The notes under the pieces were generated by a model. That model saw only the letters and a list, made by a program, of their open reading frames with translations. It did no database searches and had not been told where the DNA came from. Source: Octopus sinensis (taxonomy: Eukaryota). From it: a stretch of 64,000 nt of DNA. This document shows, piece after piece, positions 40,527 through 51,784 of this stretch. A program made the position numbers and the translations under genes. The stretch's first letter is position 1, and every line of letters starts with the position of its first letter. The DNA is taken from the NCBI RefSeq assembly GCF_006345805.1, contig NC_043013.1, positions 44,516,001 through 44,580,000 on the forward strand, read 5' to 3'.

Positions 40527-41273
40527 TAATTCCAACCCCATCTACTTTTATTTTATATTTGTAAATCTCTTCACGATACCAAATACAATAGTTTTCCATA
40601 TTACAACAGTATTATGTCATCACTATGACATTTTAGATTCTTTAAAGAGATCTAAGGTTACATAAGTCTAAAGGTAACCTTAGTCTTATATAATTTACAT
40701 ACTTAATGTGTTACATTATACAACACTTTGGACTCATTCCAACCTATATTTAGCTGTGTAGAGGCACATGGCCTAGTGGTTAGAGCAGTGGACTCGCGGT
40801 CAAGGGATCGTGGGTTCAAATCTCAGACTGGGCAATGTGTGTGTTTATGAGCAAAACACCTAAGCTCCACACGGCTCCGGCAGAAGGTAACTTCTTCTGA
40901 CTCTTTCGCCACAACTTTCTCTCACTCTTTCCTCCTGCATCTTGCAGCTCACTTGTGACGGACCGGCATCCCGTCCAGGTGGGGAACCTACACGCCAAGA
41001 AACCGGGAAAACCGGCCCTTATGAGCCAGGCATAGCTCGAGAAGGAACAAACATATTTAGCTGTGGAAGACTTATAATTGTTATTCAAATTTTAAGAAAA
41101 GCTTGGATTTACAAATCATGTTCATGGTAATGATTGGCCAAACAGTGTTTCTTCTGCTCTTTATATTCTGTGTTCAAATCCCAGTGGGGTCAGCTTAGCC
41201 TTTCATCCTTTCAGGGTCGATATAATAAGTACCAGTGAAGTACTTGGGTCAATGTGATCAACTATTTTACCAC

Positions 41274-41762
41274 CCCCAAAATTTCAGGCCTTGTGTCTAT
41301 AGTAGAAAGGGTTATTATTATTGTTGTTGTTAGGGTGCCCAGCTGGCAGAATCGTTAGCATACTGGACGAAATGCTTATCGGTATTTCACCCGTTGCTAT
41401 GTTCAGAGTTCAAATTCCACTGAGGTCAACTTTGCCTTTCATCCTTTCTGGGTCAGTAAAATCAGTACCAGTGAAAGACTGGGGTAGATGTAATCAACTA
41501 GTCCCCTCCCCAAAATTTCAGGCCTTGTGTCTATAGTAGAAAGGGTTATTATTATTGTTGTTGTTAGGGTGCCCAGCTGGCAGAATCGTTAGCATACTGG
41601 ACGAAATGCTTATCGGTATTTCACCCGTTGCTATGTTCAGAGTTCAAATTCCACTGAGGTCAACTTTGCCTTTCATCCTTTCTGGGTCAGTAAAATCAGT
41701 ACCAGTGAAAGACTGGGGTAGATGTAATCAACTAGTCCCCTCCCCAAAATTTCAGGCCTTGT
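41274..41762. repeat. Exact 234-bp tandem duplication of a SINE B unit
   Basis: ORFs 41321 and 41555 are identical up to the end of the unit; offset 234. Confidence 0.93.
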
Positions 41763-41767
41763 ACCTA

Positions 41768-42125
41768 TACTCTTTTACTTGTTTCAGTCATGTGACTGTG
41801 GCCATGCTGGAGCACCGCCTTTAGTTGAGCAAATCGACCCCAGGACTTATTCTTTGTAAGCCTTGTACTTACTCTATCGGTCTCTTTTGCCGAACTGCTA
41901 AGTTACGGGGATGTAAACACACCAGCATCGGAGGACAAACACAGACACACTTACATATTTACGACGGGCTTCTTTCAGTTTCCGTCTACCAAATCCACTC
42001 ACAAGGTTTTGGTCGGCCCGAGGCTATAGTAGAAGACACTTGCCCAAGGTGCCACGCAGTGGGACTGAACCCGGAACCATGTGGTTAGTAAGCAAGCTAC
42101 TTACCACACAGCCGCTCCTTTGCCT
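41768..42125 (-). mobile_element. SINE family A
   Basis: Near-consensus copy. Confidence 0.88.
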
Positions 42126-42406
42126 ATAGTCTATTTTGTTTGTTCCCTTCATGCTAACAGCTGAACTAGACTATAGAAATCGTATTATATGCATTATATC
42201 TTACATCACAATAGATTGGTTAAAGGTTTTTCTAACAAGTCAAACACTGGTTTACTGCATTTCTGACAACGAGAATAATTAGAGAGTCTGTAACTGGTTG
42301 CAGAACAAACATCTCAAGGGACTTCGAGTTTTGTCTGTATTTTTCGCCGATGTTTATGATCTTTGTAGATATTCATCGCTGAAAAAACACACTACACTAT
42401 TTATAT

Positions 42407-42842
42407 GGCAAGACTTCCTTTTGTACCCCACCAAAAGCACCCCTTTTTATAATTCATTTTTTTTTTCTACACAAACCCCCATTCTCGGCTATGGAGAATA
42501 CGAATCTGCAAAAAACTGGCATTTTAAAATTCCCCCCCCCCTCCCGCCAATTTCTTTATTTTAAACTTTTTTCAGAATTTTTTTTTTCAAAATATGCAGA
42601 AAAATACAGAGATTATGATTCTGAAAAAAATTCCAAAAATTTTTCTACTTCGGGTTAGGGTTGGGGTTTTAGGGTTAGGGTTACGGAAAAAAGTGAAAAA
42701 ATGAAGAATTTGGGGTGGGGGTAGGGGCAGAAATGACAAAATTCCGATTTTTGGCAATTTTCCGGAATCTCCGTATCCGAAAACGTGGGTTTTTGGAAAA
42801 AAAAATTTGCGAGAAAATGGGGGAGGGGGAGGAAGTCTTCCC
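42407..42842. mobile_element. Third GG-terminal palindromic MITE with TTAGGG core
   Basis: TIR GGCAAGACTTCC / GGAAGTCTTCCC, loosely inverted arms, central GGGTTAGGGTTGGGGTTTTAGGGTTAGGGTTA; TSD degenerate. Confidence 0.7.
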
Positions 42843-42854
42843 CATATATATATA

Positions 42855-43242
42855 TCTTTATATATAAAATAGAAGTTGTGTGTCTGTCTCCTACGATTTA
42901 AATTCCTAACTACTCCCATATTTTGCAGTGCAGTTTAACCAAAAGCGGGTATCTTATAATCATGATTCATATCGAGCCCTTCTGGGTATTAGCGCGCGTC
43001 TACGATGAGTCTACGATTTTAAAAATAATTTACCCCCATTTTTTTCCATTTTAATGCATTTTTTCGCTATTATATAAGGGAAGTAACTCTCTAAAAATGT
43101 CTACGATGAGTCAACGATTTAAAAAAAAATTTACCATAATTTTTTTTCCATTTTTAATGCATTTTTTTTGCTATAACTCTCTAAAAATGCTTATATAGTT
43201 ATTTCCCTTACAAACCCGAACAACGCCGGGCGATACTGCTAG
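42855..43242 (+). mobile_element. Non-autonomous Helitron
   Basis: A|TCTTTATATATAAAA start; CCCGAACAACGCCGGG hairpin + CGATACTG + CTAG|T end; no TSD. Confidence 0.9.
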
Positions 43243-43719
43243 TATATATATATATATATATGGCTAAACTGGCAAAATGACCATTCCTAAATACAACAAT
43301 ATATATACTATTATAAAATTACTGTAACTTTTATAATACCACTACAGCTGTTATCAAACCAACAAGCCTCTGTGTGGTCGCTCGACCTGTTGGAATGAAC
43401 AATTAAATCTCTCTCAAACCTTACTTTGTCATCTTCGTAAAAGAAGGTTACACTAGATGATGCAATGAGAAGAATATCTTTGCATGTGCCTACGTGACAG
43501 GGCCAGCCTAGCATTAAGCAAAAATAGACAAAAGAAGAAACGGAAAAAGAAACAACGAAAAGAAAAAAGACAACAAAACTCGGTGAAAACAAAATTAGTT
43601 TCGTATTCCGTTTCTTCTACAAATATAATTTTTTTTTAAACCCTTTCTTTTCTTTCCCCAAAACACTTCAAAAATTTTTTTTTCCACTTTAGAAATAAGC
43701 ATAAGCGATAAGAATATTT

Positions 43720-44241
43720 CTATTAACCTACACAGAAAAAAAAAAAAAGGAAAAAGAAAGCTGATAACACTTGGCTTGGTCTATGTTACACATGTGCGAT
43801 GTGCTTTTGCGAGGCCAGGCGAAGTCTGCTGAGGTTGTTCGCATGGCTTCCCGGGTGAAATCATACATCCGGCGTTAATTCACCTTGTCGCAAACATGTA
43901 GAACCACACATTAGACACCACGACAAGTATACAAGCACACTTTATGCATATTTATCCGGTACTCCCCACAAATTTTACATCTGTCTTTCAGATGGTCGAA
44001 AATGAATTACTTTTAACAAATCAGTATTTTAATTGCATCAATGACTAAAAACAGTAACAAGAAAACGGTGCATTAAACATGCAGATTAACTAGACACTTT
44101 AATTTTTATTTCTCAATCAAGCATAGCTATACGAGCTGGTGTTTGCATCCTACTTCTATCTGCCCTCCATTGCGAATAACAATAACAGAAAAAAGAAGAA
44201 CTGATAAATAACATCGTAACGAGGAACTCGTATAGGGTGGA
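43720..44241. promoter_or_regulatory. Putative (possibly bidirectional) promoter and 5' UTR of the SLC25A40-like gene
   Basis: Repeat-free, relatively CpG-rich stretch directly upstream of the first coding exon. No core promoter element identified. Confidence 0.45.
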
Positions 44242-44347
44242 ATGATGGTTATGCAACAAGCTGGTGATAACGGAATGACCAGCAAGATAACAGCTGTCCA
44301 ACAAATGTTTTCGTCATGCTCTGGTGCCCTGGTTACCTCGATAACAA
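44242..44347 (+). CDS. SLC25A40: SLC25A39/40-family mitochondrial glutathione carrier, first coding exon
   Basis: Not in the ORF track. Translates MMVMQQAGDNGMTSKITAVQQMFSSCSGALVTSIT, matching the family N-terminus (ITPxQQMxASCxGAxxTS). In-frame TAG at 44233-44235 upstream. Phase-1 donor A|GTAATT joins the next exon to give ATG-ACA-CCA. The start could also be ATG 44245 or 44251. Confidence 0.88.
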
Positions 44348-45409
44348 GTAATTATCAAACTCTTTTTTCTCTCTCTTTCCATTCTCTGTTGTAATTTAAG
44401 TAACCGAGGCAAAGTTGACCTCGGCAAGATTCGAACTCGGAACGTTACGGACCGTAAACTTAATACCGCAAGGCATTTCGTCTCATGCCTTATCGATTCT
44501 GTCAACCACTGCCCTGACATAATAATAATAGAGTGTATTCCAATATATATAAATGTGTTTAGTTGTTGTTTAGCCCCCAGGTCAATCATTATCGAGAAAA
44601 CCTATTATGACCAGGGGTATTCCAGCCGTGACACTCCCATTTTTTATTCAGTTACCCTGTATCTAGGACCGACTGCATTATCTAAACTGTTCTGTTCAAT
44701 TAAACAAAAAAAAAATTATAATACGTAGAAGCTCCCCATTGTTTGGAATATTCATAATGTTAGACATGTGTTCGCAACGATTTTTTTAAGCAGTGATTGT
44801 GGTCCGTATTTATTATATAAAGACGGGAAGGTTGTCGGGAATCTAAAGGAATTGGTAGTGGCTTCCCTCGGCAACAAATCAATCCGATTGCCTTGAGGGG
44901 ACAAACGAATTTCACCTTTCGGACACTTGTGTCCTTCTTTGAAAAAAAGAGAATATAGAAGTGTTATTGCATAAGTTGCTAAATTACGACCGTAATTTCG
45001 TTCATTGAACTTGTCTACGATTTCGTTTATATTATGTAAGCACTGTTGATGCTTTAACATTCTATAATGTTTGACCCCCTAACCTTTCGTTTATTCTAAC
45101 CGTTAACAAAATTAACTCTACCTCATCATATACTGCCTAATTCGATATATTTTGTCTACATCTGTCGTGCTAATCTCGTGTATAGACTCCACGTGCTAAA
45201 ACTATTAAAATTAGGGCGACGTAACATAGCAACTTTCCTGTCCAGTTTACATACATCTCAAGCTAACGAAGGAGTGTCGTCGTCTAGGTGGTGGTCAAGC
45301 TATTTACTAGAAATAGCAGTCAGATTTCCCTCAAATGACAACCTCCCGTCTTTCAAAAAAAAAGGGGGGGGGGGGTGTAAATTGGATTATGTTATATTAG
45401 ATATACTTG

Positions 45410-45478
45410 GGATCTATTTAAAATTTTTTAGTTACCTAGAAATTATGTTACAAACTGCCGTTCAAACCGAAAAGATCC
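45410..45478. mobile_element. Internally deleted 69-bp copy of the same Merlin-like MITE
   Basis: GGATCT...CCGTTCAAACCGAAAAGATCC flanked by TSD TATACTTG on both sides. Confidence 0.85.
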
Positions 45479-45935
45479 TATACTTGTAATCTAGCCGAGA
45501 GATTTGAACTCAGAACTGGTGGGCAGAGTGGTCTCAATACAATAAGGTAACATACCAGCACGATGTATTTACGAAATTGTTAGAGGTGTTCGACAAAATA
45601 CTGAGATTTGTCCCCTTTTTTTTACAATACGAGTGCTCTGTCAGTTGTGGCAAACTTGTTTGTGTTTAACTTACAAGGTAATGTTTTGCGAATGGGGCAA
45701 AACAAACTGAATAAAGCTACAGGCATACCTCGCATTACGGCCACCTCAGGTTACAGTAATTCTGAAGTATGACCATTAATTTCGGTATACGGCTTATAAT
45801 TTCCCTATTACAGAAATTAACAATTTAAAACTGCACTTTCTTCTTAGTTTAGTGACCACATGCGTTTTATTAAACGATTTGGAAAACTACCGACACATTA
45901 CACATATACATAATACATACATGTATAGATATAAC

Positions 45936-46075
45936 TGTACCACTTAGATACAGAGGTCCCGATGCATTTACGTAACCCTAAACCTAACTGACCATAACCT
46001 TAACTCTAACGAGTGTGCACTGTAAAAACATATCGTTACGTAGATGCATCGGGACCTCTGTATTTTAGCAGTACC
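45936..46075. mobile_element. Second MITE family with 8-bp TSD and telomere-like core
   Basis: TIR includes ATACAGAGGTCCCGATGCAT / ATGCATCGGGACCTCTGTAT; TSD GATATAAC at 45928-45935 and 46076-46083; internal CCCTAAACCTAAC..CCTTAACTCTAAC. Confidence 0.85.
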
Positions 46076-46202
46076 GATATAACCACATCGTTCCGGGTTC
46101 AGTGCCACTACGTGACACCTTAGGCAAGTGTCTTCTGCTATAGCCTCAGGCCGACCAAAGCCTTAGGTGGATCTGGTAGACGGAAACTGAAAGAAGCCCA
46201 AC

Positions 46203-46265
<63 letters not shown>

Positions 46266-46510
46266 CATACAAACACTCACACACGCGCGTGTGTGTGTGT
46301 GTGTATTTGGTGTATTTGTCCCCCATCACCGTTTGGCAACCATTTCTTAGTGTGTTTACGTCCTTGTAACTTAGCGGTTCGGCAAAAGTACCTGAGAGAA
46401 TAAGTACTAGGCTTAGAAAATAAGTCTTGGGGTCAATACATTCAACTAAAAATCTTACGATGATGATACAAGTAAAAAAAGGATAAGATATATATATATA
46501 TATATGCATA

Positions 46511-46853
46511 CTAGCACTATGATCCGGCAACGCCGGGTCATATACAGCTGCGTGCGTGCTCACATATACGCGAGTACTGTCCAAATCTCCGACCAATCAC
46601 ATACAGCTAGCTGCCATTCAATTGGCGTATCAAGTTTCAGGCATATTGATTGGGTTTTGGATAGAAAATTCACAAAAAAGTCACTTCTATTGATTTTTTA
46701 ATGGCTTTGCGGGGTGACTGGGGAAATGTAAAGATTTGGACGGTTTTGAATGACCATAGAAAGTGTGAGACCTCTAACTGAAAAATTGTGGATTTGTATA
46801 AAGGATACAAACACACAGACAGACATTTTGCCGTTTATATATATATATAGAGA
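46511..46853 (-). mobile_element. Non-autonomous Helitron
   Basis: Minus strand: TCTCTATATATATATATAAACGG start; TGACCCGGCGTTGCCGGATCA hairpin + TAGTG + CTAG|T end. Confidence 0.9.
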
Positions 46854-47261
46854 TATTTAGCATGTCGGGCGAAATGCGTAGCCATATTTCATCTGCTGTT
46901 ACGTTCTGAATTCAAATTCTGCTGAGGTCGACTTTGCCTTTCATCCTTTCGGGGTCGATAAATTAAGTACCAGTTACGCACTGGAGTCGATGTAATAGAC
47001 TTAATCCGTTTGTCTGTCCTTGTTTGTCCCCTCTGTGTTTATCACCTTGTGGGTAGTAAAGAAATATTTTGGGAGGAATTGATTTCTCTAAAATAATAGG
47101 TATATATATAAAAATCTGTAGTTTATATTCATATAAAGGAAGAAGGAAATGGAGATTGTGAAGTTAATAAGAATTTATTATCAACAGCAAATTGAGCAGT
47201 ATCCCTTACAGATGTTTCAGTTATACACAGTGAATTGATTAAATAATAAGTTTGTATTCCT

Positions 47262-48010
47262 CCTCGAGGAATGTAAAGATGCAGGCTGGAAAGTGAAGCA
47301 TTTTCCAATCGAAGTCGGATGTAGAGGATTCATTGGACAGTGTGAGATAACTGTTGTTATCGTTAGGCCTAACTCATTGTAAAGTAAATACCAGCATGAC
47401 CAATGTCCAAACTACAGTGGAAAAGGCTAGCCACTGGATTTGGTTGAAAAGAGATGACGAGCAATGGCTAGAAGAATATTGAGCTTTATTTGATAACCAG
47501 TTGATCTAGCGAGTGGGGCCTCATATCAGTGAGGGGGTGCAAGCGATGGCTAGAAGAATATTGAGCTTTATTTGATAACCAGTTGATCTAGCGAGCGGGG
47601 CCTCATATCAGTGAGGGGGTGCAAGCGATGGCTAGAAGAATATTGAGCTTTATTTGGTAACCAGTTGATCTAGCGAGCGGGGCCTCATATCAGTGAGGGG
47701 GTGCAAGCGATGGCTAGAAGAATATTGAGCTTTATTTGATAACCAGTTGATCTAGCGAGCGGGGCCTCATATCAGTGAGGGGGTGCAAGCGATGGCTAGA
47801 AGAATATTGAGCTTTATTTGATAACCAGTTGATCTAGCAAGCGGGGCTTCATATCAGTGAATTGGGGCTGGTGCGCATTGATGCCGTTGAGAGGTAGGCC
47901 CTGAAATGGCGCGCATTCTCTTCTGATGACCCCATACACTCGCTGGCTTCTGATATGTGGAGCTCTCGACTGGTAGCACTTGTATGTGCAAGTTGTTTGC
48001 AAAACATCGT
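47262..48010 (+). mobile_element. HERO-clade (RLE) non-LTR retrotransposon 3' end
   Basis: LEECKDAGWKVKHFPIEVGCRGFIG..LLSLGLT..VQTTVEKASHWIWLKRDDEQWLEEY*, the typical HERO C-terminus; not in the ORF track. Confidence 0.82.
47464..47860 (+). repeat. 82-bp tandem array, about 4.8 near-identical copies
   Basis: Units start at 47464, 47546, 47628, 47710 and 47792 (ATGGCTAGAAGAATATTGAGC...). Confidence 0.96.
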
Positions 48011-48273
48011 TTCTGAGCATAATATCTTCAGAGGGAACAATAGATATACCCTTAAGTGTTTTATATGTTTATTTATGGATTCATTATAGCCGACTGAATG
48101 ATACTATTTATGATTTGTACTTTTGTGTGTTCAGGTGAGGGGTTTACAGGTTGGTTGGAGGTAAGATAGAGTAGGTAAATAGAATTATAGTAAAAGAAGA
48201 ATGAGTTAAATAGAGATAGTCGAGGGAATTTCAATATAAATAAGGTAAGGATATAAAGTACATTTATAAGTTG

Positions 48274-48331
<58 letters not shown>

Positions 48332-48807
48332 AAGAGAGAGGGAGAGGTGGGGTACAATTATTTGCAATTATTGCATCATATTTAGGAGTGAAACTTGGTC
48401 AGCGTAGTTGTTGAAGTTGAGAGAGTTTGGAACATAGTCAGGTAACAGGTACTTTAACCTGATTATAATTGAGGTCACTAATAGAATACCTGGATAAATT
48501 TTGGTGTTAAACAATCAATATTCATTTCTCTGTTGGATTCCATCTCCAATATCTAATTCGATAATTTTCAATTTTCGTGTGTTATGTGCAATAGAAGCAG
48601 CATTTCATTAAAGTTGCCATCTTTTTTTGCCATATTTATTGTAAATACGTTGTTGAAAGGCAAATTTACTGCAGTATTCATCCAGAAATAACATCTCTTA
48701 TGGATATGACATGTTTAAAAACAATATATATCGAAGGGAGACAAAAATCATTCCAACAGCAATTAGCGAGAATGCCAGATGTATTTCAGCTTCAACAGTT
48801 AGCTTAA

Positions 48808-49028
48808 CCCTTTGGTGTTCACATTATTCTTCCAAAGTTCATGCTTTTTTATCCATATTGCCTTGAACTAATCATTCATTATCTTGTAGCTTTGAGATTT
48901 TGATGAGGTAGCTGTTAATTTTTAAGACAATATTGTAGGGTTGGTGTGAGAGACCAGATCTGGCCGGTTTGAACATAAAACAGGCAGAGTACTTTTGGCC
49001 GGATATGGCCAGTTTAAATGCTAAAGGG
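48808..49028. mobile_element. piggyBac-type MITE
   Basis: TTAA|CCCTTT ... AAAGGG|TTAA. Confidence 0.9.
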
Positions 49029-49891
49029 TTAAATGAGATTTGTCTTCACAGAAAAATGGTGAAAAACATTTAGCTGTATTGCATATTGTTTTGCCTACCT
49101 GCCACATAGATGGCTATTTTAATTTGATACTGCTTCCATTGCATATAAAGGATTTTACTCAACCTGGCTGCTATGTGCTATACCAATGTGGCTGTCTGCA
49201 ATTATATACCGATGCCATTGATAAGGCCCAACATGGCCAAAATGCATCTAGCATTCTTGTTAACTGTTACTAGAATGCTTTTCTTCTCCCTCACATATAC
49301 ATATATATATGATGGACTCTCCTGTCAAAGACGATGTATGAGCATTCAGCTTTTGCCGAACACCCTGCACAAATGATATCTATCTATCTATCTGTGTGTG
49401 TGGACTCTCCCGTCATTAGACGACATATAAGGGTTTGGTAATTTCTTGCACACGATTTGTTTACAGTGATCAAATGTTTGTGTACACATAAGCTCACTCT
49501 CTCTCTACCAAATCGACATTACCTGTACAGGTGCACCATGTGCCACATGTCAGGTGATGAAATGATTGTAGAACAATGTGAAATGAAGTGCTTTGCTCAA
49601 GAACACAGCGCCCGGTCTGGGAATCGAACCCACGATCTCCCAATCGTGAGTGCAACACCCTAACCACTAAACCATATGCCTATATATATATATATATGTA
49701 TGTACTGTATCAGTCATTTGACTGCAGCCATGCTGGGACACCACCTTGAAGGGTTTTAGTTGAACAAATCAACCCCAGAACTTTTTTTTTTAGCCTAGTA
49801 CTTATTCTTTCGGTCTCTTTACAGGGATGTAAACACAGCAACACTGGTTGTCAAGTGGTGGTGGGGTACAGATGCAGACACATAGATATAC

Positions 49892-49923
<32 letters not shown>

Positions 49924-50927
49924 ATGACAAGCTTCTTTCAGTTTCTGTCTGCCAAATCCACTCACAAGGCTTTCATTAGCCTGAGGCTATGTCATGCAAT
50001 GGTACTGAACCTGGAACCATGTGGTTGAGAAGCAAGCTTCTTACTTACACAGCCATCATGTACATGAGATATCTTTGGATGAATACCACAGTAAATTTGC
50101 CTTTCAATGATGTATTTACTTTAAGTATGATACATAGTTGTGTGTATTTCACAGAATATTTGATATGGATGAACTGCTTCTTTGGCAATAATACTCTTTT
50201 ACAATTATCATGTGATAAGACAAGAGGACACAAATACACACATACACATTCATATTCGATGAATGAACATTATGTAACTTCAAGGTGCTTCACAGCTGTT
50301 CACTATTATTTCTTTTCAGGTACTTTTCTACCTGTCTCTTAAAAGTTCATTTCTAAAAATTCACCAAGAGAAACTGGGAAAAAAATTCATACGGTTTCAA
50401 CAGTCGAAGCAACTGATCATAATCACTCCTCTATACACAAACTCCAAAGAAGCAGAAATGCCTGTGCTTTTAGGAAGGTCATTCCCTTATCTGTACGAAT
50501 GGAGTTTATAGGGTGGTTATGGAGAGTTTGTAGGTGATTAATATTATCACTATAAGATAAGGCGGTGAACTGACTGCAGACTGCTTAGTGGCAATTTGTC
50601 CATCTTTATACATTCAAATTCTGCTAAGGTTAACTTTGCCTTTCATCCTTTTGGAGGTTGATAAAATATTTATCAGTTGTGCTCTGGGATTGATGTAATC
50701 AACTTCCTGCAAAATTTCAGGCCATGTGTGTATAGTAGAAAGGAATATTATCATTATAAGATAGTGAAATGGAAAAGAAGGCATGAAGCAATAAGAGTAT
50801 AAAAAAAAAAAATAAAAGCCACCAGATATAGTGTCATTTGTAAGATAATTGTAGAATCCCACGTACAGGCATCAGTATGTACATAAAATAAAGTAAGACA
50901 AGTATACAAATGAACTGTATACTAGTA

Positions 50928-51730
50928 CATCATCATCATCGTTTAGCGTCCGCTTTCCATGCTGGCATGCATTGGACGGTTCAACTGGGGTCTGGGAAGC
51001 CAGAAGGCTGCACCAAGCCCAGTCTGATCTGGCAATGTTTCTACAGCTGGATGCCCTTCCTAACGCCAACCACTCCGTGAGTGTAGTGAGTGCTTTTTAC
51101 GTGCCAGACGAGGCTGGCAAACGGCCATGATCGGATGGTGCTTTTTACGTGCCACTGGCACATGAATACATAACAAAGAATACACATGCATATAATATGT
51201 ATCAATTCACATATGAGTAAATATAAATATACACTCACATATATATTAATGTACATATATATATATACATACATTTATATACATATACATACGCATGTAC
51301 ATGTAGGCATTCACATGCAAGTATATATTTGAAAACGCATACATATACATAAATATATATATATGTGAGACATCTAAATAAAAACTGAATGGAAATTGTA
51401 GTTATGATACCCGTGCCAGTGGCATGTAAAGAGCACCATCCGAATGTGGCTGATGCCAGTGCTGCCTCGACTGGTATCTGTGTCAGTGACACATAAAAAG
51501 CACCAACTGATCATGGCCGTTTGCCAGCCCCCTCTGGCCCCTGTGCTGGTGGCACGTAAAAAAGCATCCACTACACTCACGGAGTGGTTGACATTAGGAA
51601 GGGCATCCAGCTGTAGAAACACTGCCAGATCAGACTGGGGCCTGGCGCAGCCTCCTGGATTCTCAGCCCCTGGTCGAACTGTCCAACCCATGCTAGCATG
51701 GAAAACGGACGTTAAACGATGATGATGATA
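50928..51730. mobile_element. Two divergently oriented RTE 3' ends (50928-51160 minus, 51375-51730 plus)
   Basis: Both contain GGAAGGGCATCCAGCTGTAGAAAC..CAGATCAGACTGG..CCAACCCATGC and GAT/CAT tails. Other short copies at about 978-1170, 34475-34660, 54100-54180 and 61488-61700. Confidence 0.8.
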
Positions 51731-51784
51731 TCAAGCAATGAGAATGAGTCTTCAACACTGCATTGGTAGATGATTCTTTATTTG

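Larger units (their letters stand above)
25585..43860 (-). other. Candidate divergent spliced transcript (lncRNA or small ORF)
   Basis: Minus-strand exon-like segments with canonical sites: 42378-42205 (TTTTTTCAG|...|GTAAGA), 36301-36253 (poly-T GTCAG|...|GTAAAT), and a terminal exon from 25985 (TTCTTTTCTTTCAG|) with AATAAA at 25590-25585. No recognisable protein. Confidence 0.3.
47100..48580 (-). mobile_element. Penelope-like element fragment interrupted by a HERO insertion
   Basis: Halves of a type I hammerhead (CCCTCTGAAGA and GAAACATCTGTAAGGG) on the minus strand either side of the insertion; boundaries approximate. Confidence 0.55.

Noticed and set aside
40560-40630. Box C/D snoRNA on the minus strand (GTGATGA)
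   Set aside because: No box D (CTGA) or terminal stem at a suitable distance.
42652-42683. True telomere or chromosome-fusion scar
   Set aside because: Only a few degenerate units, internal to a TIR element.
47464-47860. CRISPR-like regular repeat array
   Set aside because: Contiguous units with no unique spacers, no cas genes, eukaryotic retrotransposon context.
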